DNA of 64,000 nucleotides from Planctomycetota bacterium (GTDB lineage Bacteria; Planctomycetota; Planctomycetia; Pirellulales; Pirellulaceae): NCBI GenBank assembly GCA_031409895.1, contig JANNYC010000189.1, positions 1,975 to 65,974 of the forward strand, read 5' to 3'. Shown piece by piece: positions 20,606 to 29,613 of this stretch (position 1 is its first letter; each line of letters starts with the position of its first letter). The notes under the pieces were generated by a model. It saw only the letters and a program-made list of their open reading frames with translations, ran no database searches and was not told where the DNA came from. The position numbers and the translations under genes were made by a program.

Positions 20606-20758
20606 GGACAATCTTTTGTTCAAAGACTAATTGAATGTTTCAATCGCACGTGAGCATTTTATCACAAACATTGCGAGCGGGTCAAACTCGCATGAGATCT
20701 CCAAATTTTTCGCCCACACTATTCAAAATGGTCTGTGGTTACAGGTAGAAATCCATTC

Positions 20759-21256
20759 CTAGATTAAATCGACGGGGCGCTTGACGCGCTGGCGCTTGGA
20801 ACGGCATTGGGTGCAGGTGCCGATAATGATGAAACGATGGGAGCGGACGGCAAACGCATTCTCGCGGGCGACTTTGTCGCGAATGTCCAACAGCGCGGGG
20901 CTTTGGAATTCGATCAGCTTTTCGCAGCTAGAGCAAAACAGATGTTCATGCTGAGGGTAGCCGTAATCGTGCTCGTAGACGGTACGGCCGCCGACATCGA
21001 ATTTGCGTAGCAGACCGGCGTCGACGAATTCGGCAAGCGTTCGATAGACCGTAGGCCGACTCACGTACCCTTTTTGGCCTTTGCGTGGGAGTCGCTCGAT
21101 CAACTGATCGGCGTCGAAATGATCGTGCTCGCTGAAGACTTTGTCGAGCAAGTTTCGCCGCTGTTGCGTGTTCCGCATCCCGCGACTTTGCAAATACTCG
21201 TCGAACCGCAGCCGCGGCGTCAATGCGACTCGGACGGGATCGAGTGAGTTAGACAT
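20759..21256 (-). CDS. Fur-family metalloregulator (Fur/Zur/PerR type not resolved)
   Basis: 165 aa with winged-helix TVYRTL, HxH, and two CxxC pairs (CSSC, CTQC). Confidence 0.9.
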   Translation of the reverse strand: MSNSLDPVRVALTPRLRFDEYLQSRGMRNTQQRRNLLDKVFSEHDHFDADQLIERLPRKGQKGYVSRPTVYRTLAEFVDAGLLRKFDVGGRTVYEHDYGYPQHEHLFCSSCEKLIEFQSPALLDIRDKVARENAFAVRSHRFIIIGTCTQCRSKRQRVKRPVDLI

Positions 21257-21322
21257 GGGCGAAAGATATCAGATTTGAGATTTCAGGATTGAGATTGGGT
21301 TGATCGAAATAAGTACGGAAAT

Positions 21323-21772
21323 CTAGTGAACCTCCAATGTGGCTGTGTAGGTTTTTCCGTCGAGGATAACTTCCAGGGTAGGATCGAGCCCTGCGATGCT
21401 CTTGAGGTCTTTGTCGTCCAAGCTGAACTCGGCCGCCAAGCCGTTTGCATCCGGGTTAACGGGCTTGAGTTCGAAAGACTTTCCACCAAGTTTGTCGGTG
21501 CGGACGATAATTTTATCGGCTTTGATGGGCTTAACTGCTTTCGCATCGTGGTCGAGGAAAAAGACTTGAACCAGATTGTTGGTTTTGTTCGTAATGGCCT
21601 CGATTTGAAGCTCGGTCCCGGGCAATGAAACTGCGATTCCGCCGTGCGGGCCATGAGCGTGCGAGTGATCGGCTACGGCTTTCGCCACAACCTTTGGAGG
21701 AGCGACTTTCGTATCACAGCCGATCCAAGAACAGCAACTCAAGGCACACAAAACCAAAACGAAATTTCGCAT
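21323..21772 (-). CDS. His-rich lipoprotein, candidate metal-binding protein
   Basis: Signal and lipobox MRNFVLVLCALSCCSWIGC, then HSHAHGPHGG. It lies directly upstream of, and on the same strand as, the Fur-family gene. Confidence 0.55.
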   Translation of the reverse strand: MRNFVLVLCALSCCSWIGCDTKVAPPKVVAKAVADHSHAHGPHGGIAVSLPGTELQIEAITNKTNNLVQVFFLDHDAKAVKPIKADKIIVRTDKLGGKSFELKPVNPDANGLAAEFSLDDKDLKSIAGLDPTLEVILDGKTYTATLEVH

Positions 21773-21962
21773 GAAAGAACTCCCGCAGTAAAGAATTAGA
21801 TGATGAATTGCTCAATTAGAACACGGAACTGTGGTCGAGTGAATGGGCCAAATTTCTAGCGCTTGCCAGAGTTATCCGCGATTCGGCGCGCAGCGTTGGA
21901 TTAGAAACGAGCCTAACGATCACCTGATCAAGCCTGGTGGATTCGGGGATGGGCCTGCGGGC

Positions 21963-22511
21963 TTAGTTCAATTCAGGATTTGCAGGGAACCGTTCGATGC
22001 CGATCGACTTCCAGAGGCTACGGCCGTAGTTGCGCAACGATAGTTCCCATTGGAATTCATGCCTGGCAAAGATCAGCTCCTTGCTACTGTCGCAGGAAAC
22101 CCACACTCCGGATTCAATTTCTTTTTCCAACTGACCAATCTGCCAAGCGACCGCGCCGAAGAAAATCTTGTAAGGGCGTTTGGCTTGAGTCGCGAGCTTT
22201 TTTAAATTTTGTGGCGAAGTTGCGAAATACAAACCGCATTCGACTTTTTGTTCGCTGCAGTCGGCATCCTGGTGAAGTGCGAACACGGGGCCGCTGAGCG
22301 GGCCGCCGAGCGAAATATGGTTCTCGGATTCCGAGTGCGGATAGCCGGTCATGGTTCGCCACAGCCGTTTGACTTGCTCGTCCGCCGGTCGATTAAGGAC
22401 GACGCCGAACGTGCCGGTTTCGTTTTGCTGGACGATCAAAACAACGGCTTGACTGAACGGGGTCTCATTCAGTTGCGGGGTCGCGATCATCAATTCACTT
22501 GCAAGGCTCAT
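21963..22511 (-). CDS. YqgE/AlgH-family protein (UPF0301)
   Basis: LMIATPQL..PFSQAVVLIVQQNETGTFGVVLNRP and GGPL blocks. Confidence 0.85.
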   Translation of the reverse strand: MSLASELMIATPQLNETPFSQAVVLIVQQNETGTFGVVLNRPADEQVKRLWRTMTGYPHSESENHISLGGPLSGPVFALHQDADCSEQKVECGLYFATSPQNLKKLATQAKRPYKIFFGAVAWQIGQLEKEIESGVWVSCDSSKELIFARHEFQWELSLRNYGRSLWKSIGIERFPANPELN

Positions 22512-22837
22512 AGTTGATACACGCGTTTTGGAAAAATGGCGAATGGGTCACGCATTTCCGGGTTTCAAATGGCACCCAGGGCGAAATTGGCTGGCAAATA
22601 GCTTATCTTTGCTTCTGAAATGAAGCGGCAAATTGGCACGAGGGCAAATGCCCGATCTGAACAAACTGCAATGCGCGTGCCAAATGTGCGTCGCAAAAAC
22701 TTGTCGGTCGAATCGAATTTTCGGCCTCTAGACTGGTTTGTCGCAACCAAGTCCATTTGGCGGCTCTCCCAAAGTTGACACTTGGGGCAAAGCCTGACAG
22801 AATTGCATGTTGTCGCGGTACTCAATCCTATGGCGAA

Positions 22838-23368
22838 ATGCCCATGAAAAGTCAACCTTTGCCAAGTGGTTTGCGTCCATTGGTCGACCGTTTGGCGACG
22901 ATTGATCGCCCGGCGACGATTGCCGAATTGCGGCAATGGCTAACCGAACTGGACATCACCCGCGCGGACGTGACACCATTTATTCGGTTCAACAATATTT
23001 GCTACGTTCGCAACACGATCGTGGCGACTGAGCATTTCGAATTGCTCTGCATTTGTTGGACGAGTGGTCAAAGTAGTTTGATTCACGATCACGCCGGGTC
23101 GGCTTGTGGAGTTCGGGTCGTTGTTGGCGAGCTGACCGAGACCATTTTTGACGTGATCGAAGACTCTGTTGTTCGGCCGCGCAAGGTGAACCAATACGAA
23201 TCGGGCTTCGTTTGCGCGTCCGTAGACAAGGAAGTTCATCAAATCACGAATCACCAAACTGGCGGACACGAGTTGATAACTTTGCACATTTATTCGCCTC
23301 CGCTTGCGACGATGAATTCGTATGCGACTGACGACTCGGTTAGCTTGCACCAGTCGGCGGTCCATTAG
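22838..23368 (+). CDS. cysteine dioxygenase type I-like cupin
   Basis: ATG at 22838. WTSGQSSLIHDHAGSACGVRVVVGELTE and LHIYSPPL resemble the CDO family. Confidence 0.65.
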   Translation: MPMKSQPLPSGLRPLVDRLATIDRPATIAELRQWLTELDITRADVTPFIRFNNICYVRNTIVATEHFELLCICWTSGQSSLIHDHAGSACGVRVVVGELTETIFDVIEDSVVRPRKVNQYESGFVCASVDKEVHQITNHQTGGHELITLHIYSPPLATMNSYATDDSVSLHQSAVH

Positions 23369-23392
23369 GGAATCTGCTCGCACTAGGTCAAC

Positions 23393-24241
23393 ATGTTTTG
23401 GTTACCGCACGATCCAGTCTTCTTGATCCAATTGGCTGTACTGGGATTAGGCGTCGGCTTTTTGACTGGGTTGTTCGGCGTGGGTGGCGGGTTCATTGTC
23501 ACGCCGGTAATGATTTCGCTGTTAGGGATTGAACCGACGATCGCCGTGGGAAGCAGTTTGGGATTCACGTTTGGTGCAAGTGCCCTTGGGTTGCGAAGGC
23601 ATTTTCGAGCGGGGAATTTTGAAGCTCGCACCTCGTGGCTAGTTGGTGGCGGCGCAACTGCTGGTACGTGGTTGGGCTACGTCATGCACAAGTTCGCGGC
23701 CCAGGCTTCAGGTGAGGAATTTGACTGGTACATGTCGATCGCCTTTGTCGCGCTCCTCGTCGCAATCGCGATTGTGATCGCACTCACCGCCGATCGAGTT
23801 ACGGAACCAAGTTCGTTGCTCTCGAAATTGCGTCTGCCGCCGTACATCTCAATTCCCAAAATTGGCGTTGCGCAAATGAGTGTTTCTGGATTGCTCGCAG
23901 CCGGAATTTTGGTGGGAATTCTGAGCGGGTTTTTCGGAATTGGCGGCGGCGTGATCTTGTTGCCGATCCTAGTGCTCTTGGTCGGATTGACGCCGCATCA
24001 GGCGGTCGGAACGAGCTTGGGCGCGATTTTGCTTTGCTCGGCCGTCGGCTGTGCGCTATACGCGTTTGGGTCGCGAACTGTGGACGTTGGAATTATCGCG
24101 GCACTGATTTTAGGAAGTTGGCTCGGCACGGTTTTGGGCGCACGGCTTTGCCGAAGACTTCATGCGGAACATCTGCACCGATTGTTCGCGGCCGTGGTTG
24201 GCGTGACGGCGATTGTATTGCTGATCAATACGATTTATTGA
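23393..24241 (+). CDS. TauE/SafE-family sulfite/anion exporter
   Basis: 282 aa, about 8 TM segments, with duplicated GxGGG motifs (GLFGVGGGFI, GFFGIGGGVI). Confidence 0.85.
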   Translation: MFWLPHDPVFLIQLAVLGLGVGFLTGLFGVGGGFIVTPVMISLLGIEPTIAVGSSLGFTFGASALGLRRHFRAGNFEARTSWLVGGGATAGTWLGYVMHKFAAQASGEEFDWYMSIAFVALLVAIAIVIALTADRVTEPSSLLSKLRLPPYISIPKIGVAQMSVSGLLAAGILVGILSGFFGIGGGVILLPILVLLVGLTPHQAVGTSLGAILLCSAVGCALYAFGSRTVDVGIIAALILGSWLGTVLGARLCRRLHAEHLHRLFAAVVGVTAIVLLINTIY

Positions 24242-24321
24242 AAGCTCGAGGCACGCTTCTAGGGAACCAGTGTTGGTTGCAGTTAATCGCGTTAAAAAAG
24301 TACACCACGGGATTTCCCGAT

Positions 24322-24666
24322 CTAGCGTGCAGCCGACGACGTCTGTCCGATTCGTCCCATATAAAGTTGCAGCAGTTGACTGTGGGCTTTGATTGAGCGG
24401 AGCAATGACCAAAGTTGATTCGGCGAGAATTTACAAGGATCAAAGCGGCCAACTCCGGAGAGCTCGTGCGTGACTGCGGAATACTGGTCGGAAGCGGCTC
24501 TTAACCGCGGGCGGATTTCTTGAACGATTTGGGCAAGCCGACCTGAGTCTTGGCGTTCTGATGCCTCGGTCTCTACGCTCACGAGATAAGCCATTTGCAG
24601 GACTTCGAACTGCGATGCGCTCGGCATTATAGCTTGAACTTCGTTAACGAGATGCTCAGCATTCAT
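24322..24666 (-). CDS. hypothetical protein (about 114 aa)
   Basis: Within ORF 24322..24813, the ATG at 24666 is preceded by GGAGAC. It shares a strand with, and lies downstream of, the DUF4340 gene. No family recognised. Confidence 0.35.
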   Translation of the reverse strand: MNAEHLVNEVQAIMPSASQFEVLQMAYLVSVETEASERQDSGRLAQIVQEIRPRLRAASDQYSAVTHELSGVGRFDPCKFSPNQLWSLLRSIKAHSQLLQLYMGRIGQTSSAAR

Positions 24667-24817
24667 GTGCGTCTCCGCAAAAGAGAATGAACTGGCGAAT
24701 GTCTTTTTAAGCCTACCGCGAAAATCTCGGCTCGAAAGGAAAAACTTCGACCCTCTCGGCAATTGCATGGGAATCGGGCTGCTTATTCCGACAAACGAAA
24801 TCCTAGCGGCCACGACT

Positions 24818-26650
24818 TTACATTGAGATGTCGGGTCGCATTGGCAATTCTATCGGCGCGGGTGGGATTTCGCCGTTTTCCAGGGCGTCGGTGGCTTTGG
24901 GGCGGACCAAATCCGTACGCGGAATCTGCAATGATTCCAAATCTTCCGCCGCGATCACGTAGAACCAAGCCCCGAAACGGTCGCCCAGCCGTTTACTGGC
25001 TCGCTCCCCTTCCTGGCGACGATTTTTGTAGTCTTCCGAGTCGCGCTTGAATTGATCGAGATCCATTTCGAACTTCTGTTGAGCCAGTTTGTGTTCGGCT
25101 ATTTGTTCATCGTATTTGATGAACGCAGGGTCGCGATTGTCCACGGGTGGAGTTGGCGCGGCATCGGGAGTAGCTGGCGGCGCAGGCTCGGCAGGCGTCG
25201 GCGCGGCAACGTACCCTTCAGGCTTGACAGGCTCTTCGGGCTTTTTCGGCTCGACCGGCTCCGGCCCCAACGCCGCCGGATCAAACGTCACGCGAACCAT
25301 GAGGTAGCGGTTTTTTTTGGTCGGTTTGCTGGGATCAGTTTTTGTTGGGTCGGGTGGATTGCTACTGGCGGCTACTTCCTTTTCATTTGCATCCGCCGAA
25401 GGACTTGTCTCGGTGCTGCCTTCCGTCGTTGGCTTTTCGCCCGCTAGGGCAACTTTAGGTCCGCCAATTTCAATTTCTTCGTCGCTTCCTAGTACGGAAT
25501 CGCCAAAGTACAAGTTGTACGCGATACCCTGATTCGTCGAGACGTAGAACTCGCCCCGATTGGAGTAAAACGTTGCTTTCTCGCCCTGCTCATTTCCCGG
25601 CACAACATTGAAGCCGTACTCCATCAGCTCGGATTGCAAATCCAAAATCGCTTCTTGGAATTTTGCGGGATCGGTGCGGTACGTTTCGAAGTCCGTGTTG
25701 ATCGACAGGTCAGCGTTGAGTAGCGGTTTTCCCTCAAGCTGAACTTTGGGTCGCACACCGACGATGGCCATTTCGTCGAGCAAGTCTAGGATTTTGGACA
25801 AGGTTTCGTTGTTAAGCTCTTCTTTCTCCGCGTTGAGCCCATCCAAATTCCACGGGTCGAACGCCTTTTCGCGAGTCAGCACATGCCGATCCTTGTCAAG
25901 CTTCCCGATCCGGCGGACGGTTCCTCGATTGGTCAATTCGTCGCGAATTTGCAGTTCATAGTTGTCGATCACTAGCTTGTTGATTTCGGGCTGATCGACT
26001 TGGAGCAAGTCGGGTTCGATCCAATCCGCAAAGCGAGTGGACAGATTAATGTTGAGGTTGGCCACATAGGTAGCCGTCTCGTCACCCCGGCGAACATTAA
26101 ATCGTTTTCGTTTTTGCTTTGCCGGGTCAAACGCGTCGTCGCGCGAATGAGACACGTCGTTGTCTGCAGGCTTGCCAACAATTAAATCGGCAAGGATTTC
26201 ATCGCTGCCGTCGCGCAAAATGACGCGCTGGCCGATCGCCTCGACGTCGGCGGAATCTGCTGCTTCGCTATCGGGCGCGACGACGCCGAATCGCGATTGA
26301 TCTTCGGTCCACTGGCCGTTGAGGGCGAGGCGTTCGACACCATAAAGAGCCGTTGCCGTTTCAAACAACCGTTTCGCGGCCTCGGCCGGATAGTTGTGGT
26401 GCGACGGAATGCGCCAAACACCATCTCGATTTTCAACTTTGAAACGGCGCAGCGTTTGGGTGACCGGGTCGCGAGCGACGACTTCCAACGATTTGACTTG
26501 TTCGGCCTCGAGCGACTCGAACAAAGGCTTGCCAACGAGGTTTTCCGTCGGCGCTACTTTGGGCTGAGTTGCAAAGTGCGTACCGAAACAGGCCACGCAG
26601 ATGCCGAGTGCCGTTGCGACGAATAATCCTGTTTTCGTCCAATCATTCAT
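24818..26650 (-). CDS. DUF4340-like protein, accessory to the GldG-type ABC system
   Basis: ATG at 26650 has GGAG upstream. N-terminal TM anchor, Pro/Glu/Lys-rich C-terminal region, and a position downstream of the ABC-2/GldG gene. Confidence 0.65.
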   Translation of the reverse strand: MNDWTKTGLFVATALGICVACFGTHFATQPKVAPTENLVGKPLFESLEAEQVKSLEVVARDPVTQTLRRFKVENRDGVWRIPSHHNYPAEAAKRLFETATALYGVERLALNGQWTEDQSRFGVVAPDSEAADSADVEAIGQRVILRDGSDEILADLIVGKPADNDVSHSRDDAFDPAKQKRKRFNVRRGDETATYVANLNINLSTRFADWIEPDLLQVDQPEINKLVIDNYELQIRDELTNRGTVRRIGKLDKDRHVLTREKAFDPWNLDGLNAEKEELNNETLSKILDLLDEMAIVGVRPKVQLEGKPLLNADLSINTDFETYRTDPAKFQEAILDLQSELMEYGFNVVPGNEQGEKATFYSNRGEFYVSTNQGIAYNLYFGDSVLGSDEEIEIGGPKVALAGEKPTTEGSTETSPSADANEKEVAASSNPPDPTKTDPSKPTKKNRYLMVRVTFDPAALGPEPVEPKKPEEPVKPEGYVAAPTPAEPAPPATPDAAPTPPVDNRDPAFIKYDEQIAEHKLAQQKFEMDLDQFKRDSEDYKNRRQEGERASKRLGDRFGAWFYVIAAEDLESLQIPRTDLVRPKATDALENGEIPPAPIELPMRPDISM

Positions 26651-26702
26651 TGATCGAGCTCCAAACTTATTAATTGGTTCAAACAACTTGCGATACGAGG
26701 GG

Positions 26703-29555
26703 TCAGACGCGTCGGGTCGATTTGATCTGTTTTCGTTCGTTGAAGAATCGAGCCGTGAGAACCCAGATTCCCAATAGCACCGCCGGCAGTGGCGCTAACC
26801 AAACCGAAAGCAACCAGACCATGTACTCCGAACGCGAAATTTTAAGTTGTTCATCGGCCTTAATTTCATTGATCTTTTCGTCCCGTGTGCGCTGGAGTCG
26901 TTCATGCTGGATGTCAAAGCGGCGTTGCGACACGTTGACGTCTTGCGAAAGCTGCTGCAATTTTCCGGCGAAATCAAGTTCCTTGTCTTCGTTGATCCGT
27001 TTCACGGCCGCGTCCATTTGTACTTGTGCCTTTTGAAGTTCGACCTCGATATCTGCATCGATTTTTTGTTGTTGCGCAAGTCGATTGCGCCGGTAGCTTT
27101 CGACAACGGCTTCAAAACTGGTCAGAGATCTTGGCGTTGGTTGTCGATTTCGCAAGCGAACAAAGTCCACGTCCCCGGCCAAAACTTCCAAAGCATTCTG
27201 GACCAATTTTACATTATCCAATGGCGCTGCGAGCGACCGTGACTGAAGCGGAACAAACTCAGTGAGAAAATCGGTGTCGGCGATGAAGACAACATTGATC
27301 GGTTTGGCCTCATCGGACGGTTTACTAGTGATTCGGGCCGCGATGACTTTGGTTCGGTCGTCCGTTTTCAAACTCGGCGTCGCATTAAGAACGATCATGT
27401 TGGAACCAGAGACATCCGACACGAGTTTCATTCCGCCGCCTTGCATGCGCGGATCGTCCGGCGTAAAAGTCACTTCGTCCCAATCCGCCGTCCCGGATGA
27501 TTTTGAAAGCGAAATAAGAGGCGTGAATTCTGTTTTCGCGTCTTTGGCGGGAGAGATAAGGCCGGGGTAGCTGAACAATAGTCTCCGCAAACCTTGCGAG
27601 ATTGGGTCGCCGGAATTGAAAGGCTTATACTCGCCATTCGGATACGTGAACACGAGGCCTAAGGTTTTTGATCCGTAATATTTTGGCCAAGTCTCGCCCA
27701 AATACTCCGGCCAAAACGGCTTGAAACCTGGAATAGGTTCCAAATCATGCCAAGCGACTTGGCCGCTGTTCCATTCGATTCCAAGCACCTCGAGCAATGG
27801 AAACGAGGTACCGCCAAAGGCTTTTTCTTCCATGAACTCCGTCAAGTAAGGTCGCGCCGGGGCCCGCATATCGACGCGGGGTTGCCGTGGCGCGTTGAAA
27901 ACACCCAATTGATCCGGCGACCGAAACGCCCAATAGAATGGGAGCGGATCTTCCAAGATCAATACGGCCCGTCCCGATTGAATGTATTTCACAAGGTCAT
28001 CCATTGCCGGTTGCGGCAAGCAGCTCGGACCGACAACCAATAACACATCCGGTGCCGTTATCGCGGGTTCGGATTTTTTTTCCGGCTCGGCTGGGCTTGG
28101 AGCTGCGCCGGCATCTTTCGCGGGCTCGTCTAAAATCGGGTTGACGATTTTTCCAAGGTCCGTCGCGCCGAACATTTTGAATCGGTACGACTTTTTAAGT
28201 TCTAGAAGCGCGGTATTAAACGACCATTCTTCACGCTCTTCGCGAACCTTTGGCCCCAGAAACATCAAATCAGTTGCCAAGACTCCGACAGTTATTTGTT
28301 TTTTCTTGTCGCTCGCGGTTGCGATGGCCCGCGTCAATTCGTATTCGATGCTGGTTTCCGCGTCGATCATCGGCAAGTCGGCGTCACCCATCGTGCTGGA
28401 AACGGCCGCGCCCAAAAAGACTTCCTGTTCCACGGTGTTACCGCCAACTTCGCTCCGGGTCGTCTTTGGCCGAATTCCATGTGTGCGCGCCTCGATGGCT
28501 TGTCGGCTAAATGGTTTGACGTCGACGATTTTGAGATCGACTTGATTACCGCCGACTCGCTCGAACTGCCGCAACAGACCGAGAAAATGATTTTTGACGT
28601 GGACGAATTCGCGCGGAACGTCGTGGCTAACGTAGGCTTGAATCGTCACGGGTCGTCCGTTCGTGGCAGCTTTTTTCAACGTCGCGCGCGTGGTTTCGTC
28701 AAGTGTAAACACAGACTCGCGAGTCATATCGATACGACTTGGAAAAGCCCATGCGGCTTTGTCGACCAAATAATTTGCACCGACCAAGGCCACGGCGAGC
28801 GCCACCGTGCGCATGGCAAATTGTAGACCAAGTCCCATTTGTCGCCCTTTGCTCCAGCGGCGGCGCGAAATCACAACGAGATTTAAGTACAACATCAGCA
28901 CGATGATCGAAACAAAATACAGTACGCCGGTTAGCGAAATCAGGCCCATGCGAAAGTCGCGCATGTGCCATTCGATTCCCAATCGTTCGATTCCCAATAT
29001 GCCCCAAAAATAGCTGCAGGCGAGTACGGGAATCGCGCAAAACAATGCCGCCAAAATAAACGCCACGGTGCTACTGCGAGTCAGCGACGAAGCGAACATG
29101 CCGATCGCCAAAAGCGCGCAGCCCGCCAGCCAATATCCCAAATACACCGTCGCAATCACGTACCAATCCGGTTGGCCGATGTTGGCCAACGCAATCAATT
29201 GGGTGACCGAAAACGCGAGTGCGACTGAATAGACAGCGACGACGGACAAATATTTTCCGAGCAGAATCTCCAGATCGGATGCCGGCAAAGTGAACAAGAT
29301 CGCATCGGTTCCTTGTCGCATTTCTTCCGCCCAGGTGTTCATCGTGATCGCGGGCACCAAGAACAGCAGCAGCAGCGGATAGTAACGACTCAACTGATCC
29401 AAATTGGCCAAGTTGTCGGTGAAGAACTGCGGATTGAATGCCAACAGTGCGCAGACCGTAACGAAGACGACGATAAACAAATAGCCGCTCACGCTGGTGA
29501 AGTACTGTTTGACGTTTCGCCAAAAAACAGCGGAGATGACGTGCCATCGAATCAT
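26703..29555 (-). CDS. ABC-2 permease fused to a GldG-like auxiliary domain
   Basis: Start taken at MIRWHV (29555) with GAGGA 7 nt upstream. About 6 TM segments at the N-terminus, then a large extracytoplasmic GldG-like region and a C-terminal TM plus coiled coil. Confidence 0.8.
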   Translation of the reverse strand: MIRWHVISAVFWRNVKQYFTSVSGYLFIVVFVTVCALLAFNPQFFTDNLANLDQLSRYYPLLLLFLVPAITMNTWAEEMRQGTDAILFTLPASDLEILLGKYLSVVAVYSVALAFSVTQLIALANIGQPDWYVIATVYLGYWLAGCALLAIGMFASSLTRSSTVAFILAALFCAIPVLACSYFWGILGIERLGIEWHMRDFRMGLISLTGVLYFVSIIVLMLYLNLVVISRRRWSKGRQMGLGLQFAMRTVALAVALVGANYLVDKAAWAFPSRIDMTRESVFTLDETTRATLKKAATNGRPVTIQAYVSHDVPREFVHVKNHFLGLLRQFERVGGNQVDLKIVDVKPFSRQAIEARTHGIRPKTTRSEVGGNTVEQEVFLGAAVSSTMGDADLPMIDAETSIEYELTRAIATASDKKKQITVGVLATDLMFLGPKVREEREEWSFNTALLELKKSYRFKMFGATDLGKIVNPILDEPAKDAGAAPSPAEPEKKSEPAITAPDVLLVVGPSCLPQPAMDDLVKYIQSGRAVLILEDPLPFYWAFRSPDQLGVFNAPRQPRVDMRAPARPYLTEFMEEKAFGGTSFPLLEVLGIEWNSGQVAWHDLEPIPGFKPFWPEYLGETWPKYYGSKTLGLVFTYPNGEYKPFNSGDPISQGLRRLLFSYPGLISPAKDAKTEFTPLISLSKSSGTADWDEVTFTPDDPRMQGGGMKLVSDVSGSNMIVLNATPSLKTDDRTKVIAARITSKPSDEAKPINVVFIADTDFLTEFVPLQSRSLAAPLDNVKLVQNALEVLAGDVDFVRLRNRQPTPRSLTSFEAVVESYRRNRLAQQQKIDADIEVELQKAQVQMDAAVKRINEDKELDFAGKLQQLSQDVNVSQRRFDIQHERLQRTRDEKINEIKADEQLKISRSEYMVWLLSVWLAPLPAVLLGIWVLTARFFNERKQIKSTRRV

Positions 29556-29613
29556 ACAAAATCCTCGTGTTGAATAATCGGCATGGGACATTCCGATTCG
29601 CGAGAGCGATCGG

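Noticed and set aside
21794-21820. Fur box upstream of the His-rich lipoprotein gene
   Set aside because: Only about 10 of 19 positions match the classical GATAATGATAATCATTATC consensus. The consensus for this phylum is unknown to me.
24667-24813. N-terminal extension of the small hypothetical ORF (163-aa version starting at 24813)
   Set aside because: The extension abuts the stop of the upstream DUF4340 gene (about 1 nt gap) and has no start context. The internal ATG at 24666 has a GGAG. Even the short version is low confidence.
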